Part shown: positions 16,590-24,603 of the stretch, piece by piece | How the letters are laid out: each line of letters starts with the position of its first letter | Numbering within the stretch: position 1 is the stretch's first letter | IMG/VR virus record: IMGVR_UViG_3300037153_000425 | Coordinates: 1 to 54,415 of that record | Source of the DNA: a virus | Taxonomy: Duplodnaviria > Caudoviricetes | Direction: 5' to 3' (one strand) | Length of the DNA stretch: 54,415 nt | Program-made: the position numbers and the translations under genes | The notes under the pieces: generated by a model | Told to the model about the DNA's origin: nothing | Databases searched by the model: none | What the model saw: only the letters and a program-made list of their open reading frames with translations

Positions 16590-16853
16590 GGTGCAAAGCG
16601 CGTTGCAAAGGAATTTCTGGCAACACGCGGCATCTGGCGTGAAACGTGACCGATGCCGCCCCACGCGGAATCTGAGGGAGCCTGCGACGTTAGGGTGCGC
16701 CCGCTGCTCGGAGGTGCCAACTGATTCTTGGCGCCGCCCGATTCGTAGTCAGACGCTCTATCCAACTGAGCTATGGGCGCGCAGTAGGGAAGTCGCGGAG
16801 TTAGCGCGATTTGGAGGCCACCGCAACCCCCCGGTGCAAAGCCCGGTGCAAAG
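16590..16853. other. attP-like site 1 (tRNA core with arm-type repeats)
   Basis: G(G/T)TGCAAAG pairs at 16590/16602 and 16833/16845 flank a tRNA fragment downstream of int. Confidence 0.75.
16696..16780 (-). tRNA. tRNA-Arg(ACG) 5' half / T-arm-less tRNA-like element
   Basis: GCGCCCATAGCTCAGTTGGATAGAGCGTCTGACTACGAATC; no GTTCGA T-loop; GGGCGCA recurs at the 3' end. Confidence 0.8.
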
Positions 16854-16874
16854 GATTCGTGTGGCGAATGCATC

Positions 16875-17393
16875 CTAGTCCTGATGAATCCTCTTGTGGC
16901 AGTCAGTACAGATCGCGACGAGGTCGAAAAGCATCTCGCGTCCGAGGCGGCGATAGTGCAGGTGATGCGCCTGCGTGGCCCGTCGCTCTCCGCAGCCTTC
17001 GCACAGGTGGCCCGCGCGGTGCAGGACGCGGCTGCGGCGCGCGTGCCATGCGGGCGTCCTGAGATACTCCTCATAGCGCCGGTGCCATTCCTCGTCCGCG
17101 CGTTGTTGCTCGGCGACATACTGGGCCTGCAGCATCGCACCTCTGACGCGCGCGGCGATGCTGTTCCGGCATCCTTGGCACGTACTGCTGGTCCCCTCGT
17201 TGCGGCCGAGCGCAGTGCCACCGAGTGCCGACGTCTCTCGTCCGCAGACCGTACGGGCCGGATTGTCGAGATGGACGACATGAATCTTGCCGCTGCAGAG
17301 TTGTCCGGTAACCGGGTGCCGATATTGGGCCGCCTGCCAGAGTGGGGCTTCGGACCAGCGCTCGTCTTCTTCGTATGGATCGAGCGTGGGCAT
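16875..17393 (-). CDS. HNH endonuclease between int and attP
   Basis: Y.EYL.TP.W...R, CEGCG...QAHHLHY...DLVAICTDCH; absent next to the second integrase. Confidence 0.8.
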   Translation of the reverse strand: MPTLDPYEEDERWSEAPLWQAAQYRHPVTGQLCSGKIHVVHLDNPARTVCGRETSALGGTALGRNEGTSSTCQGCRNSIAARVRGAMLQAQYVAEQQRADEEWHRRYEEYLRTPAWHARRSRVLHRAGHLCEGCGERRATQAHHLHYRRLGREMLFDLVAICTDCHKRIHQD

Positions 17394-17395
17394 CC

Positions 17396-18535
17396 TCACC
17401 GCTTCCCCTGCCGGCCCCGGAAGCGGGCCCGCTCGGCCGCCACCGTGCGCGCCCGGTCCATCGCCGCGCGCAGCCGCTCGACGTTGCCCATGTCGTAGTT
17501 CCGAAAGACGTAGGCCGTATGATGCCCGGTCACTTTCATGGCGTCGGCCTCCTCGAGCCCGCCGGCCCGCAGCGTGGTCGCCGCCGTGCGCCGCGTATCG
17601 TGGAACACGTAGCCGCCCGCCACCGCGCCGACCGGGAGCGCGGCCGCCGTGCACGCGCGCGCCCACGCCTTCCGAAAATCCCCGAGGCAGCCGTATTTCT
17701 TGGACGGCGCGCGCCCGCCCCGGCACCAGCGCCCGTGAAACAGGTACGGGCACCACGGGCGTGCGGCCGCCAGGGCCTCCTCGACAAGCGTCAAGGACCG
17801 GCCGACGAGCGGCAAGACGTGCGGCTCGCGCGCCTTGCACTCCTCCGGCGGCCACTCGATCACCGCCCGCTCGAGGTCGACGAAGCGGCGCAACGTGCGT
17901 GCCAACTGGCCGCGGCGGATGCCGTTCTCGAGCGCGAATTCGAAGAACACCGCGGCGTAGTCGGGGAGCTGCTCGAGGAGCACGATCGCGTCGCCCGGCG
18001 GCACGTAGCGGGCCCGGCGCCGCCGCCGGCGCTCGTCCCGCATGGCAAAGTACGGCACCCCGCGGAGCTGGCCGGTCTGGCAGGCCAGCCGGTAGGCCCG
18101 GCGCAGCGCCGCGAAGCGGCGATTGATCGTGGCGTTGCTCGCCCCGGCCCGTTTCCAGGCGTCGCCGATGGCGGTCACCTGCTGCGGCGTCACCGTGGCC
18201 GGGCGGAGCGGGCCGACGCCGGCCGCGAGCCACGCCTTGATCGAGCCGCGGACGCTCGGCAGCGAGGTCTGTTCGTTTCGCGTGTAGTCCGCCTCGAGCT
18301 CGGCGAGGAGCTGCGCGACGGTGAGGCGCCCGCTCGGGACCTCCTCGCCGTCGGCGACGGCGGCGAGCCGCTGCGCCCGCAGCCCCCGCGCGGCGCGGAT
18401 CGACGTCGTGCGGGCGCTCTCCTGCCGGACGCGGCCGCCCTGCGTGTAGTGGATCCAGAGCGTCGGGAGCACGGCCGCCGTCCGCGGCGAGATGCGCCGG
18501 AAGATGCCCGGCTCGACGGCGACGGTGCGTTTCAC
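17396..18535 (-). CDS. int: Tyrosine integrase
   Basis: ATINR, GIRRGQL (R), K, FHDTRRT (HxxR), TGH, RNY (Y). Confidence 0.93.
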   Translation of the reverse strand: MKRTVAVEPGIFRRISPRTAAVLPTLWIHYTQGGRVRQESARTTSIRAARGLRAQRLAAVADGEEVPSGRLTVAQLLAELEADYTRNEQTSLPSVRGSIKAWLAAGVGPLRPATVTPQQVTAIGDAWKRAGASNATINRRFAALRRAYRLACQTGQLRGVPYFAMRDERRRRRRARYVPPGDAIVLLEQLPDYAAVFFEFALENGIRRGQLARTLRRFVDLERAVIEWPPEECKAREPHVLPLVGRSLTLVEEALAAARPWCPYLFHGRWCRGGRAPSKKYGCLGDFRKAWARACTAAALPVGAVAGGYVFHDTRRTAATTLRAGGLEEADAMKVTGHHTAYVFRNYDMGNVERLRAAMDRARTVAAERARFRGRQGKR

Positions 18536-18897
18536 GGCAGATCGCCCTGGATCCCCGCGAGCAACTGCCGCTTCCACCAAATGACTTTGCCGTTGGGGTA
18601 CTTGTGGTACCCGGGCAAGTCTTTCCCGCAGTGCCGTAACCGCGATTTCGAGTAGCCGGTGAGCACCATCACCGCGGCGATCCCGAGCGGCTCATCGGGC
18701 TCGACGGCGTGTACCGGCGGCGGGCTCGGCACGGCCAGCTCGACGCACGTCGCCTTCGCGACCTCACAGTGCCCGATCGTCTCGATGGCGTCGCCGAGGC
18801 TGGCGGCATTCAGGGCGGCGCCGAGGGCGAGCTTCACGGCTGCCCACTGCTGGCCGTTCGCCTTGGCGTGGATCGTCGCCCTGGCCCCCGTCGTCAA
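18532..18897 (-). CDS. xis: Excisionase/AlpA-like HTH protein (start uncertain)
   Basis: L.I.AVM.LTGYSKSRL...LP...K...KVIW; GTGA overlap with int. Confidence 0.6.
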   Translation of the reverse strand: MTTGARATIHAKANGQQWAAVKLALGAALNAASLGDAIETIGHCEVAKATCVELAVPSPPPVHAVEPDEPLGIAAVMVLTGYSKSRLRHCGKDLPGYHKYPNGKVIWWKRQLLAGIQGDLP

Positions 18898-19045
18898 TTC
18901 GCCCCCGAATCGTCGCCTCCCCGCCGCATCCACCCCGCTGCCCACCAACCTAGAAGGCTTACGGTGAGCCCACCGCGATCTAGTCCGGCGGCTGGAAGCT
19001 GTCAAGGGACATGGATCAATGCTGCCAGTGGCAGCACACGGCCAG

Positions 19046-19249
19046 TCACGCGTCGGGTAAGCGGCCGTCGACTTGGAAGGCCTGCACGCCGCGGCGAAAC
19101 AGGACCAAGCCGAATCTCGCCATCGAGAGATGGTGGCGACGCCCGGTCTCGCGGAGCCAGGCTTTCTCCTGCGCCGTGATCGAGAGGTTGAGCCGCGCAA
19201 GGCGCACGGGCTTCCGCGGGCGTTTTGGCACGGCAGCAGAATTACGCAC
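19046..19249 (-). CDS. Ribbon-helix-helix protein
   Basis: RLNLSIT..EK.WL...G....LSMARF. Confidence 0.55.
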   Translation of the reverse strand: MRNSAAVPKRPRKPVRLARLNLSITAQEKAWLRETGRRHHLSMARFGLVLFRRGVQAFQVDGRLPDA

Positions 19250-19298
19250 TTGGCTGCCCCGGCTGCAACTCTCATGGCTGCATTCGGCAGCAGCAGGC

Positions 19299-19553
19299 TC
19301 AGACGCGGGGAGTCCGCCGGCGGAGGCCGGCGAGGGCGCGCGCGAGCGCGAGCTGCGCGGCGGGCTCCGAGTGAATCAGGGCCGCCCACTCGAGCACCAC
19401 GCGGGCGTCACCGACGTGGCCGACCCGCCGCCAGCGGGCGAGCGACGCTAGGGAGACCCGTAAGGCGCGCAGGAGGGCCGTCGGCCCCCCGGCGGCCTGG
19501 ATGCTGCGGTAGACAATGTTACTCGGGAGCCGGCGGCGGCCGTTGCGGGGCAT
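19299..19553 (-). CDS. Cro/YdaS-like HTH regulator
   Basis: IQAAGGPTALLRALRVSLASLARW; first gene after the leftward promoter. Confidence 0.65.
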   Translation of the reverse strand: MPRNGRRRLPSNIVYRSIQAAGGPTALLRALRVSLASLARWRRVGHVGDARVVLEWAALIHSEPAAQLALARALAGLRRRTPRV

Positions 19554-19578
19554 GCGGCCGTGTGTACCTGACGCCCGC

Positions 19579-19637
19579 AGGATAGGCAAGCGGTTGATAG
19601 TGTCAGACTTGACACTATCGTGGGGCGGGCGTATGGT
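19579..19637. promoter_or_regulatory. Back-to-back promoters sharing a palindromic operator
   Basis: GATAGTGTCA-GACT-TGACACTATC at 19596-19619; rightward TTGACA-N17-TATGGT; leftward CTGACA-N16-TATCCT. Confidence 0.75.
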
Positions 19638-19645
19638 CTACCCAC

Positions 19646-19849
19646 ATGACAACGCTCCGCCTCATTCTGCCCGCGCTCCTCCTCGCCGCCGGCGTGACCG
19701 GCTGTCCCGCCTACGAGGTCTACCGCATGATGAAGGTCCGGGCCGATCTGGCCGAGGGCTACCGCGCGTACTGCGCGGAACACGTGCAAGAGTGCGTCGA
19801 CGCGTACAACCGCGCGCAGCTCGACGTGTACCTCAACCGCACCAAATGA
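19646..19849 (+). CDS. Small lipoprotein (candidate superinfection exclusion)
   Basis: Hydrophobic signal LILPALLLAAG followed by lipobox VTGC. Confidence 0.65.
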   Translation: MTTLRLILPALLLAAGVTGCPAYEVYRMMKVRADLAEGYRAYCAEHVQECVDAYNRAQLDVYLNRTK

Positions 19850-19862
19850 GCGCGCTGCGTCC

Positions 19863-20234
19863 CTACGCCGCTCGCGTCGCCACGCCCGCGAGCACGCGCT
19901 TGCGCACGGCCTCCGGGTCGAGCTCGAGCGTCGCGCACGCCGGGCGAAAGGCGAGCGGCCAGCGCTCGTCGTCGTCCGCGAGCCACCGCACCGCGGCCGC
20001 GTACTGTTTCGACTCGCGCGGGTAGCGGCGGAGGTCGTCGAGCGACGCCATGAAGACCGCCAGCACCAACCGCCGTTCGCCCGGGAGCTCCCGGCGCCGC
20101 GCGAGAAACGCCGCCAGCGGCGCCGCGGCGTCGGTCGGATCCGGGCCTGCGTCAGGGAGCGCGATCCTGCGTTGCCCGCCCGAGCGCAGGGCATCCCCTT
20201 GCACCCGCAGCCCCGACACCGCAAAGAATGCCAC
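19863..20234 (-). CDS. Conserved hypothetical protein (start uncertain)
   Basis: GERRLVLAV...A..W..DD..WP..F...C..L.LDP..VR pattern. Confidence 0.6.
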   Translation of the reverse strand: MAFFAVSGLRVQGDALRSGGQRRIALPDAGPDPTDAAAPLAAFLARRRELPGERRLVLAVFMASLDDLRRYPRESKQYAAAVRWLADDDERWPLAFRPACATLELDPEAVRKRVLAGVATRAA

Positions 20235-20280
20235 GCTAACCGCCGGATATCACATGGCGCCCGCCGAGGAAAAGCCAGCT

Positions 20281-21312
20281 ATGCAAACTGACACCATGCC
20301 CGCCGAGGTCACCGCCGATCTGCCCGCGCCCACGTTAGCGGGCCCGCTCGACGCCTCGGGCCTCATCGCCAAGGCGATCGAGCACCACGTCGGCATCGAC
20401 ACGCTCGAGCGCCTCTTGGCACTCCGCGAGCGCCTGAAAGCCGAGCAGGCGCGCGAAGCGTTCTTCCGGGCGCTCGCCGCCTTTCAGGGCGAGTGTCCCG
20501 TGATCGGCAAGTCGAAGGCCGTCACGATCCAGCCGCAGAGCGGGCGCGGCTACTCGTATCGGTACGCCCCGCTCGATGTGATCGTCGAGCAGGTCCGCCC
20601 CTACCTCCAGGCCAATGGCTTGTCGTACACGATCAAGACGCGGCAGGACGCCGGCAGCTTGACCGCGATTTGCGAGGCGCACCACGAGGCCGGGCATACC
20701 GAGCCGAGCGAGTTGACGGTGCCGATTGACCAGGCCGCGCGCATGAACGATACGCAGAAAGTCGGCGCCGCGCGCACCTATGCGATGCGCTACGCCTTCT
20801 GCAACGCCTTCGGGATTCTCACCGGCGACGAGGATACCGACGCCGTCACGCCCGGCGACGCCGCCCCTCCGTTCGAGACGCCCCGTCGCCAGACCGAGGC
20901 GACGCCGCGCCCGGGGCCCATCGCCGAGGAGGACCTCGCCGACAAACTCCGCCGGTCGATCGACACGCACGCCGCCCCTGCGACCCCCGCCGACGAGGAG
21001 GTGCGGCCGCCAGACGCGCTCTCGAAGCCCCGCGTCGCGCGGTTGATGGCGCTCCTGCACGCGGCGCTCGACGGGGCCGACGTGCCGCAAGACGCCCACG
21101 AGGAAGTCTTCACCCGCGCGCTCGAGTGGCTCACGGGGTGGGTCGCGACGACGCAGGGCCGCAGCAAGATCACCCATTGCTCGTACAAAGTGTACGACGA
21201 GCTCTGCGCGCAGATCCCGGTCGCCGTCGAGGCCGCGTTACAGGGCGAGCGCCGGCCCGCCCCACGCTTGGTCCGCCGCCGCACGTACGCCGCGCCGCGG
21301 CCGCTGCACTGA
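20281..21312 (+). CDS. erf: ERF-family single-strand annealing protein
   Basis: Y.YA.L..I...V.P.L...GL, H..GH, Q..GAA.TYA.RYA...FGI..G.ED.D. Confidence 0.85.
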   Translation: MQTDTMPAEVTADLPAPTLAGPLDASGLIAKAIEHHVGIDTLERLLALRERLKAEQAREAFFRALAAFQGECPVIGKSKAVTIQPQSGRGYSYRYAPLDVIVEQVRPYLQANGLSYTIKTRQDAGSLTAICEAHHEAGHTEPSELTVPIDQAARMNDTQKVGAARTYAMRYAFCNAFGILTGDEDTDAVTPGDAAPPFETPRRQTEATPRPGPIAEEDLADKLRRSIDTHAAPATPADEEVRPPDALSKPRVARLMALLHAALDGADVPQDAHEEVFTRALEWLTGWVATTQGRSKITHCSYKVYDELCAQIPVAVEAALQGERRPAPRLVRRRTYAAPRPLH

Positions 21313-21314
21313 CC

Positions 21315-21995
21315 GTGGCGACGCTGTCCACCGACGCCCGGGCCCCGGTCCTCACGTTCGATGCGGCCACCCACGAGTACCGCGTCGATGGCGCCCCGGT
21401 GCCGAGCGTGACGCAGCTCTTGGAGGACGCCGGGCTCACCCCGGACTATTCCGTCATCCCGCCGCCGGTCCTCCAGCATGCCCGTGAGCGTGGTATCCAT
21501 ATAGATGCCTGTTGCGACCTCCTCGACGCCGATGACCTCGACTGGCGGAGCGTGCATCCGGAAGCGCTCCCCTACGTCGAGGCGTGGCTCGCCTTTCGGG
21601 AGTCCGAGGGCTTCACGCCGATCGCCTCGCAAGTGCCCCTCTACCATCCGACGTACGGGTATGCGGGCACGACCGACGTCGTCGGCGTCCTCCCGGGTTC
21701 TCGGCCGGCGATCGTCGAGCGCAAGGCGACGGCCAAGATGGCGGCGACCTATGCGCTGCAAACGGCCGGCTACGGGCTCGACGGCCTGTGGTATGCGCCC
21801 CCGGGCGGCGGCGTGCTGGCGCCCGTCCCGTGGGAGCGCCCCGTGCGCCTCGGCGTGCAGCTTCGCCGGGATGGCTCGTATCTCCTGGTCCCCTACGACG
21901 ACCCCGAGGACCTGGCGGCCTTTCTCGGCGTCGTCGCGCTCGGGCGGTGGCGCGGCGCGCGGCGTGCCTTGCAACCCATCCGGCGGGCGCGGTAG
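21315..21995 (+). CDS. PD-(D/E)XK exonuclease-like protein
   Basis: F....H.Y..DG..VPSVTQ, GYAGT.D, E.K, LQ.AGY. Confidence 0.75.
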   Translation: MATLSTDARAPVLTFDAATHEYRVDGAPVPSVTQLLEDAGLTPDYSVIPPPVLQHARERGIHIDACCDLLDADDLDWRSVHPEALPYVEAWLAFRESEGFTPIASQVPLYHPTYGYAGTTDVVGVLPGSRPAIVERKATAKMAATYALQTAGYGLDGLWYAPPGGGVLAPVPWERPVRLGVQLRRDGSYLLVPYDDPEDLAAFLGVVALGRWRGARRALQPIRRAR

Positions 21996-22006
21996 CGTTA
22001 CACGCG

Positions 22007-22219
22007 ATGGCAGGGAAACGGAACGGGCGGCCGACGCCGATGGACAAGCTGATCGAGGAGAGCGTGCAGCGGGCGCTCGCGACCTGGCTCGCCGGGCAAG
22101 CTGTCCGCGCGACCGAGGCGCTCACCGCCGAAATTTGGGCCGACGAGCAGTTTCGCCAGGATTTCCTCGCGACCGCCCGCGAGGTTGCGCACGAGACGTT
22201 GCAGCGCTTGCGCCGGTGA
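22007..22219 (+). CDS. Hypothetical protein
   Basis: Compact helical ORF in a tightly packed operon. Confidence 0.5.
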   Translation: MAGKRNGRPTPMDKLIEESVQRALATWLAGQAVRATEALTAEIWADEQFRQDFLATAREVAHETLQRLRR

Positions 22220-22224
22220 CCGGC

Positions 22225-22353
22225 ATGGGCGAGCTCACCGCCGATCTGCGGCTGCTCAAGTGGATGGTCGGCACGTTTGGCGTCGTGCTCGTCGGCCTCG
22301 TCGCGGGCCTCTACGCCGTGCTCTTTACCGTCGTCGGGCGGTTGCCGAGATGA
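22225..22353 (+). CDS. Small single-TM protein
   Basis: DLRLLKWMVG followed by a hydrophobic helix. Confidence 0.5.
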   Translation: MGELTADLRLLKWMVGTFGVVLVGLVAGLYAVLFTVVGRLPR

Positions 22354-22523
22354 CCCCTGCCGAGGAGCTCGTCGATTGGACAAGCGAGGCGGGGCTGCGG
22401 GAAATTGAGCGGCGCATTGCCGCGCGCGAGCGGGGCGAACCCGACTCGGTCATCGCGTATGAGCGTATGGTGCGCTACGCCCTCCCGCAGTTAGTGCGCG
22501 TGGCGCGCGTAGCTCGTGGTTAG
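22350..22523 (+). CDS. Hypothetical protein
   Basis: ATGA overlap; ends convergently with the leftward operon. Confidence 0.45.
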   Translation: MTPAEELVDWTSEAGLREIERRIAARERGEPDSVIAYERMVRYALPQLVRVARVARG

Positions 22524-22741
22524 GGCTCGTCGGCCGCGCGCCGGAGCCGCTCGAGCGCATCGTCCTCGAGGGTCGCGAGCACGTCGGCCGGCAGCGCCGC
22601 GGTGATCTCGAGCGCGCCGAGCGTGACGCGGAGCTCGACGGCATCGGGCTCGGGCGCCGTCCACGGGCCACCGCGCGCCCCGCAGATGGCCAGGACGACC
22701 TCGACCGTCACCGGGAGCTCGAGGTCGACCGTGTAGGTCAC
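22520..22741 (-). CDS. Hypothetical protein
   Basis: GTGA-coupled ORF VTYTVDLELPV... Confidence 0.5.
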   Translation of the reverse strand: MTYTVDLELPVTVEVVLAICGARGGPWTAPEPDAVELRVTLGALEITAALPADVLATLEDDALERLRRAADEP

Positions 22742-22905
22742 GCCGGCGGGGCTTGGATGATGCCGAGGACCGTCAAGACGCGCTCGAGCGTCGCCGTGAC
22801 GAACGCGGCCGAGCCGGCGACCTCGACGTCCAGGCCGTCGGAGCGTTTCACCTTGACCGAGGCGGGCGTCGCGTCGGCGGCGTCGGGGTGGCGAGTTGCG
22901 GCCAT
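22738..22905 (-). CDS. Hypothetical protein (55 aa)
   Basis: GAGGAGG RBS and promoter motif upstream. Confidence 0.5.
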   Translation of the reverse strand: MAATRHPDAADATPASVKVKRSDGLDVEVAGSAAFVTATLERVLTVLGIIQAPPA

Positions 22906-22956
22906 GGGCGGATCCTCCTCGGGGCGGGCCGTGTAGCATGTGGCCCGGGGCGGGCG

Positions 22957-23154
22957 TCAATCGCCGACGTACCGCGCCTGCTCGAGCGTGCGCACGAGCG
23001 CGCCCAAATACTCGGTCAAGATGGCGCGCCGGGCCTGGCTCGGGCGGCGGTCGTCGAGCCGGCGGAGATACGCCTGGAGGTGATTGATGGCCCAGTCGGC
23101 ATGCTCGGCCTCGAGCCGTTTCGCCTCGTACCACTCGCCCGGATCACGCGCCAT
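22957..23154 (-). CDS. Hypothetical protein
   Basis: Starts 1 nt after the HNH stop; natural composition. Confidence 0.5.
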   Translation of the reverse strand: MARDPGEWYEAKRLEAEHADWAINHLQAYLRRLDDRRPSQARRAILTEYLGALVRTLEQARYVGD

Positions 23155-23155
23155 G

Positions 23156-23629
23156 TTACGCTGCGGCCCCACCACCGCGGCGCGTGCGGGCACGCGATGT
23201 CCTCACCACGTCGCCACGCGGCCCGCTCCCCGTCAGCACACGGCTGGACTCGGCACGGCAGGCTTTGCAGAGGCGCCGGCCTTTCCAGCGATAGAGATTC
23301 GAGCCCGAGAATGGATGCCCGCGGAGGCAATGTGTTTTCCGAGACTCTCGCCCGCCCCACCCATTGCCGCGCAGGATGTTCTCGCGGTGTAACACGGGCT
23401 CGAGATGGTCCGGGCGCACACACGCAGGCTGTCGGCACAAGTGATCGAGCTCGAGAGTCGCCGGCAGCGGCCCGTGAAGCTGCTCGTAAACGAGCCGATG
23501 CGCGAGCCAGTGTCGCCGACCATACCAGACCCGTCCGTAGCCCCGGAGCGTGGGCCCCTGCCACAACCAGCAGTCTGCCGTAAAGTCTACCCGTGCGAGG
23601 ATACGGCGCCACCTAACCGAGTTGGTCAT
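23156..23629 (-). CDS. HNH homing-type endonuclease
   Basis: CWLWQG...GYG...AHR...LDHLC..PACV.P.HL...EN; KTHC.RGH...C..C. Confidence 0.88.
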   Translation of the reverse strand: MTNSVRWRRILARVDFTADCWLWQGPTLRGYGRVWYGRRHWLAHRLVYEQLHGPLPATLELDHLCRQPACVRPDHLEPVLHRENILRGNGWGGRESRKTHCLRGHPFSGSNLYRWKGRRLCKACRAESSRVLTGSGPRGDVVRTSRARTRRGGGAAA

Positions 23630-24311
23630 GCACGAGATCCTTAAAAAAGCCGGGCCCGGCCGAGCTGACCGCCGTGAGGCGTCCCCCACCTTCGATGGTC
23701 GGGCGAAGTGCAACCCAAGTTTCGAAGGCATGGTCCCAGAATGCTACTTCGTCCGCTAATACAGATGTGAAAGTGTGCTGGCGGGCCTGCTCCTCGCCCT
23801 CGCCGAGCGCCACGATCTCCGAGCCATTCGGGAAGCGGAGAAACCCGATCGAGTACTCGGTCTCGCAGGGCGGAAACGTCGCCGGTAGGTGATCGTGAAT
23901 GAACTTGGCGCGCCGCACGAGCTCGGCCGACCCCTCGGTCTCCGTCTTGCCGAGCTTGCGGGCCATGAACGCGACCTTCGCATGCGGGGAAAACCGCGCG
24001 AGCCAGTAGTTGACCGCGACAAAGAGCCAGGTGACGACCATGCGCCGGGATTTGGGCACGGCCAGGAGGGGATGCTCTTGCCACCGGCGGACCAGCAGCT
24101 CGGCGTACGCATGCGCGGGGTACCGCCGCACGCGGCCGGTCACCTCGTCCCGCGTCCACACGCAGTCGCGCACAAACGCCCACGGGTCGCCCGCGGCGCC
24201 GTACGTCGCCAGCGTTTTGCGTTGCTCGAGGAGTAAGCGCGCCGCCGCGCGCATCGCGAGCGGATGGTCGGGGCCGAGGACGCGGCCCGCGCCGGCGCCC
24301 GGCTCAGGCAT
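23613..24311 (-). CDS. terL: Terminase large subunit, ATPase domain only (232 aa)
   Basis: Walker A-type VPKSRRMVVTW, F.NGS.I, Walker B VLADEVAF, coupling motif VSSA; stops 13 aa later. Confidence 0.85.
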   Translation of the reverse strand: MPEPGAGAGRVLGPDHPLAMRAAARLLLEQRKTLATYGAAGDPWAFVRDCVWTRDEVTGRVRRYPAHAYAELLVRRWQEHPLLAVPKSRRMVVTWLFVAVNYWLARFSPHAKVAFMARKLGKTETEGSAELVRRAKFIHDHLPATFPPCETEYSIGFLRFPNGSEIVALGEGEEQARQHTFTSVLADEVAFWDHAFETWVALRPTIEGGGRLTAVSSAGPGFFKDLVHDQLG

Positions 24312-24603
24312 CGGGCACGCGCGTGCCGCCCCGGGCGCGGTCGTAGGTCGTGAGCGCCGCCCGTCCCTGCGCGGCGGCGATGCCGCGCTCGTAGGCGCTC
24401 AACGCCGTGAGGCCCTCCAGCAGCCACGCCCGGAGGTCCTCGTCCTCGAGGCACCCGTCGCGGCACGCCTCCCAGAGGTCCGTGAGCGCCTCGCCGATCG
24501 CCGACAGCTGGCCCCGCTGCGCCTCGCTCATGCACCCCGAGCACGCCGCCCGCGTCACCCGGGCGACGAGCCGCAGGCGCCCGAGTTGCACCGTCCCCAT
24601 CAT
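24304..24603 (-). CDS. Hypothetical protein between terS and the terL ATPase
   Basis: Overlaps both neighbours. Confidence 0.55.
   Translation of the reverse strand: MMGTVQLGRLRLVARVTRAACSGCMSEAQRGQLSAIGEALTDLWEACRDGCLEDEDLRAWLLEGLTALSAYERGIAAAQGRAALTTYDRARGGTRVPDA

Noticed and set aside
16696-16780. Functional phage tRNA-Arg gene
   Set aside because: No T-arm (GTTCGA), mismatch at acceptor pair 7, no CCA; context fits an att core
21315-21995. Cas4 / CRISPR-associated gene
   Set aside because: No Fe-S cysteine set or cas context; adjacent to ERF as an ordinary recombination nuclease
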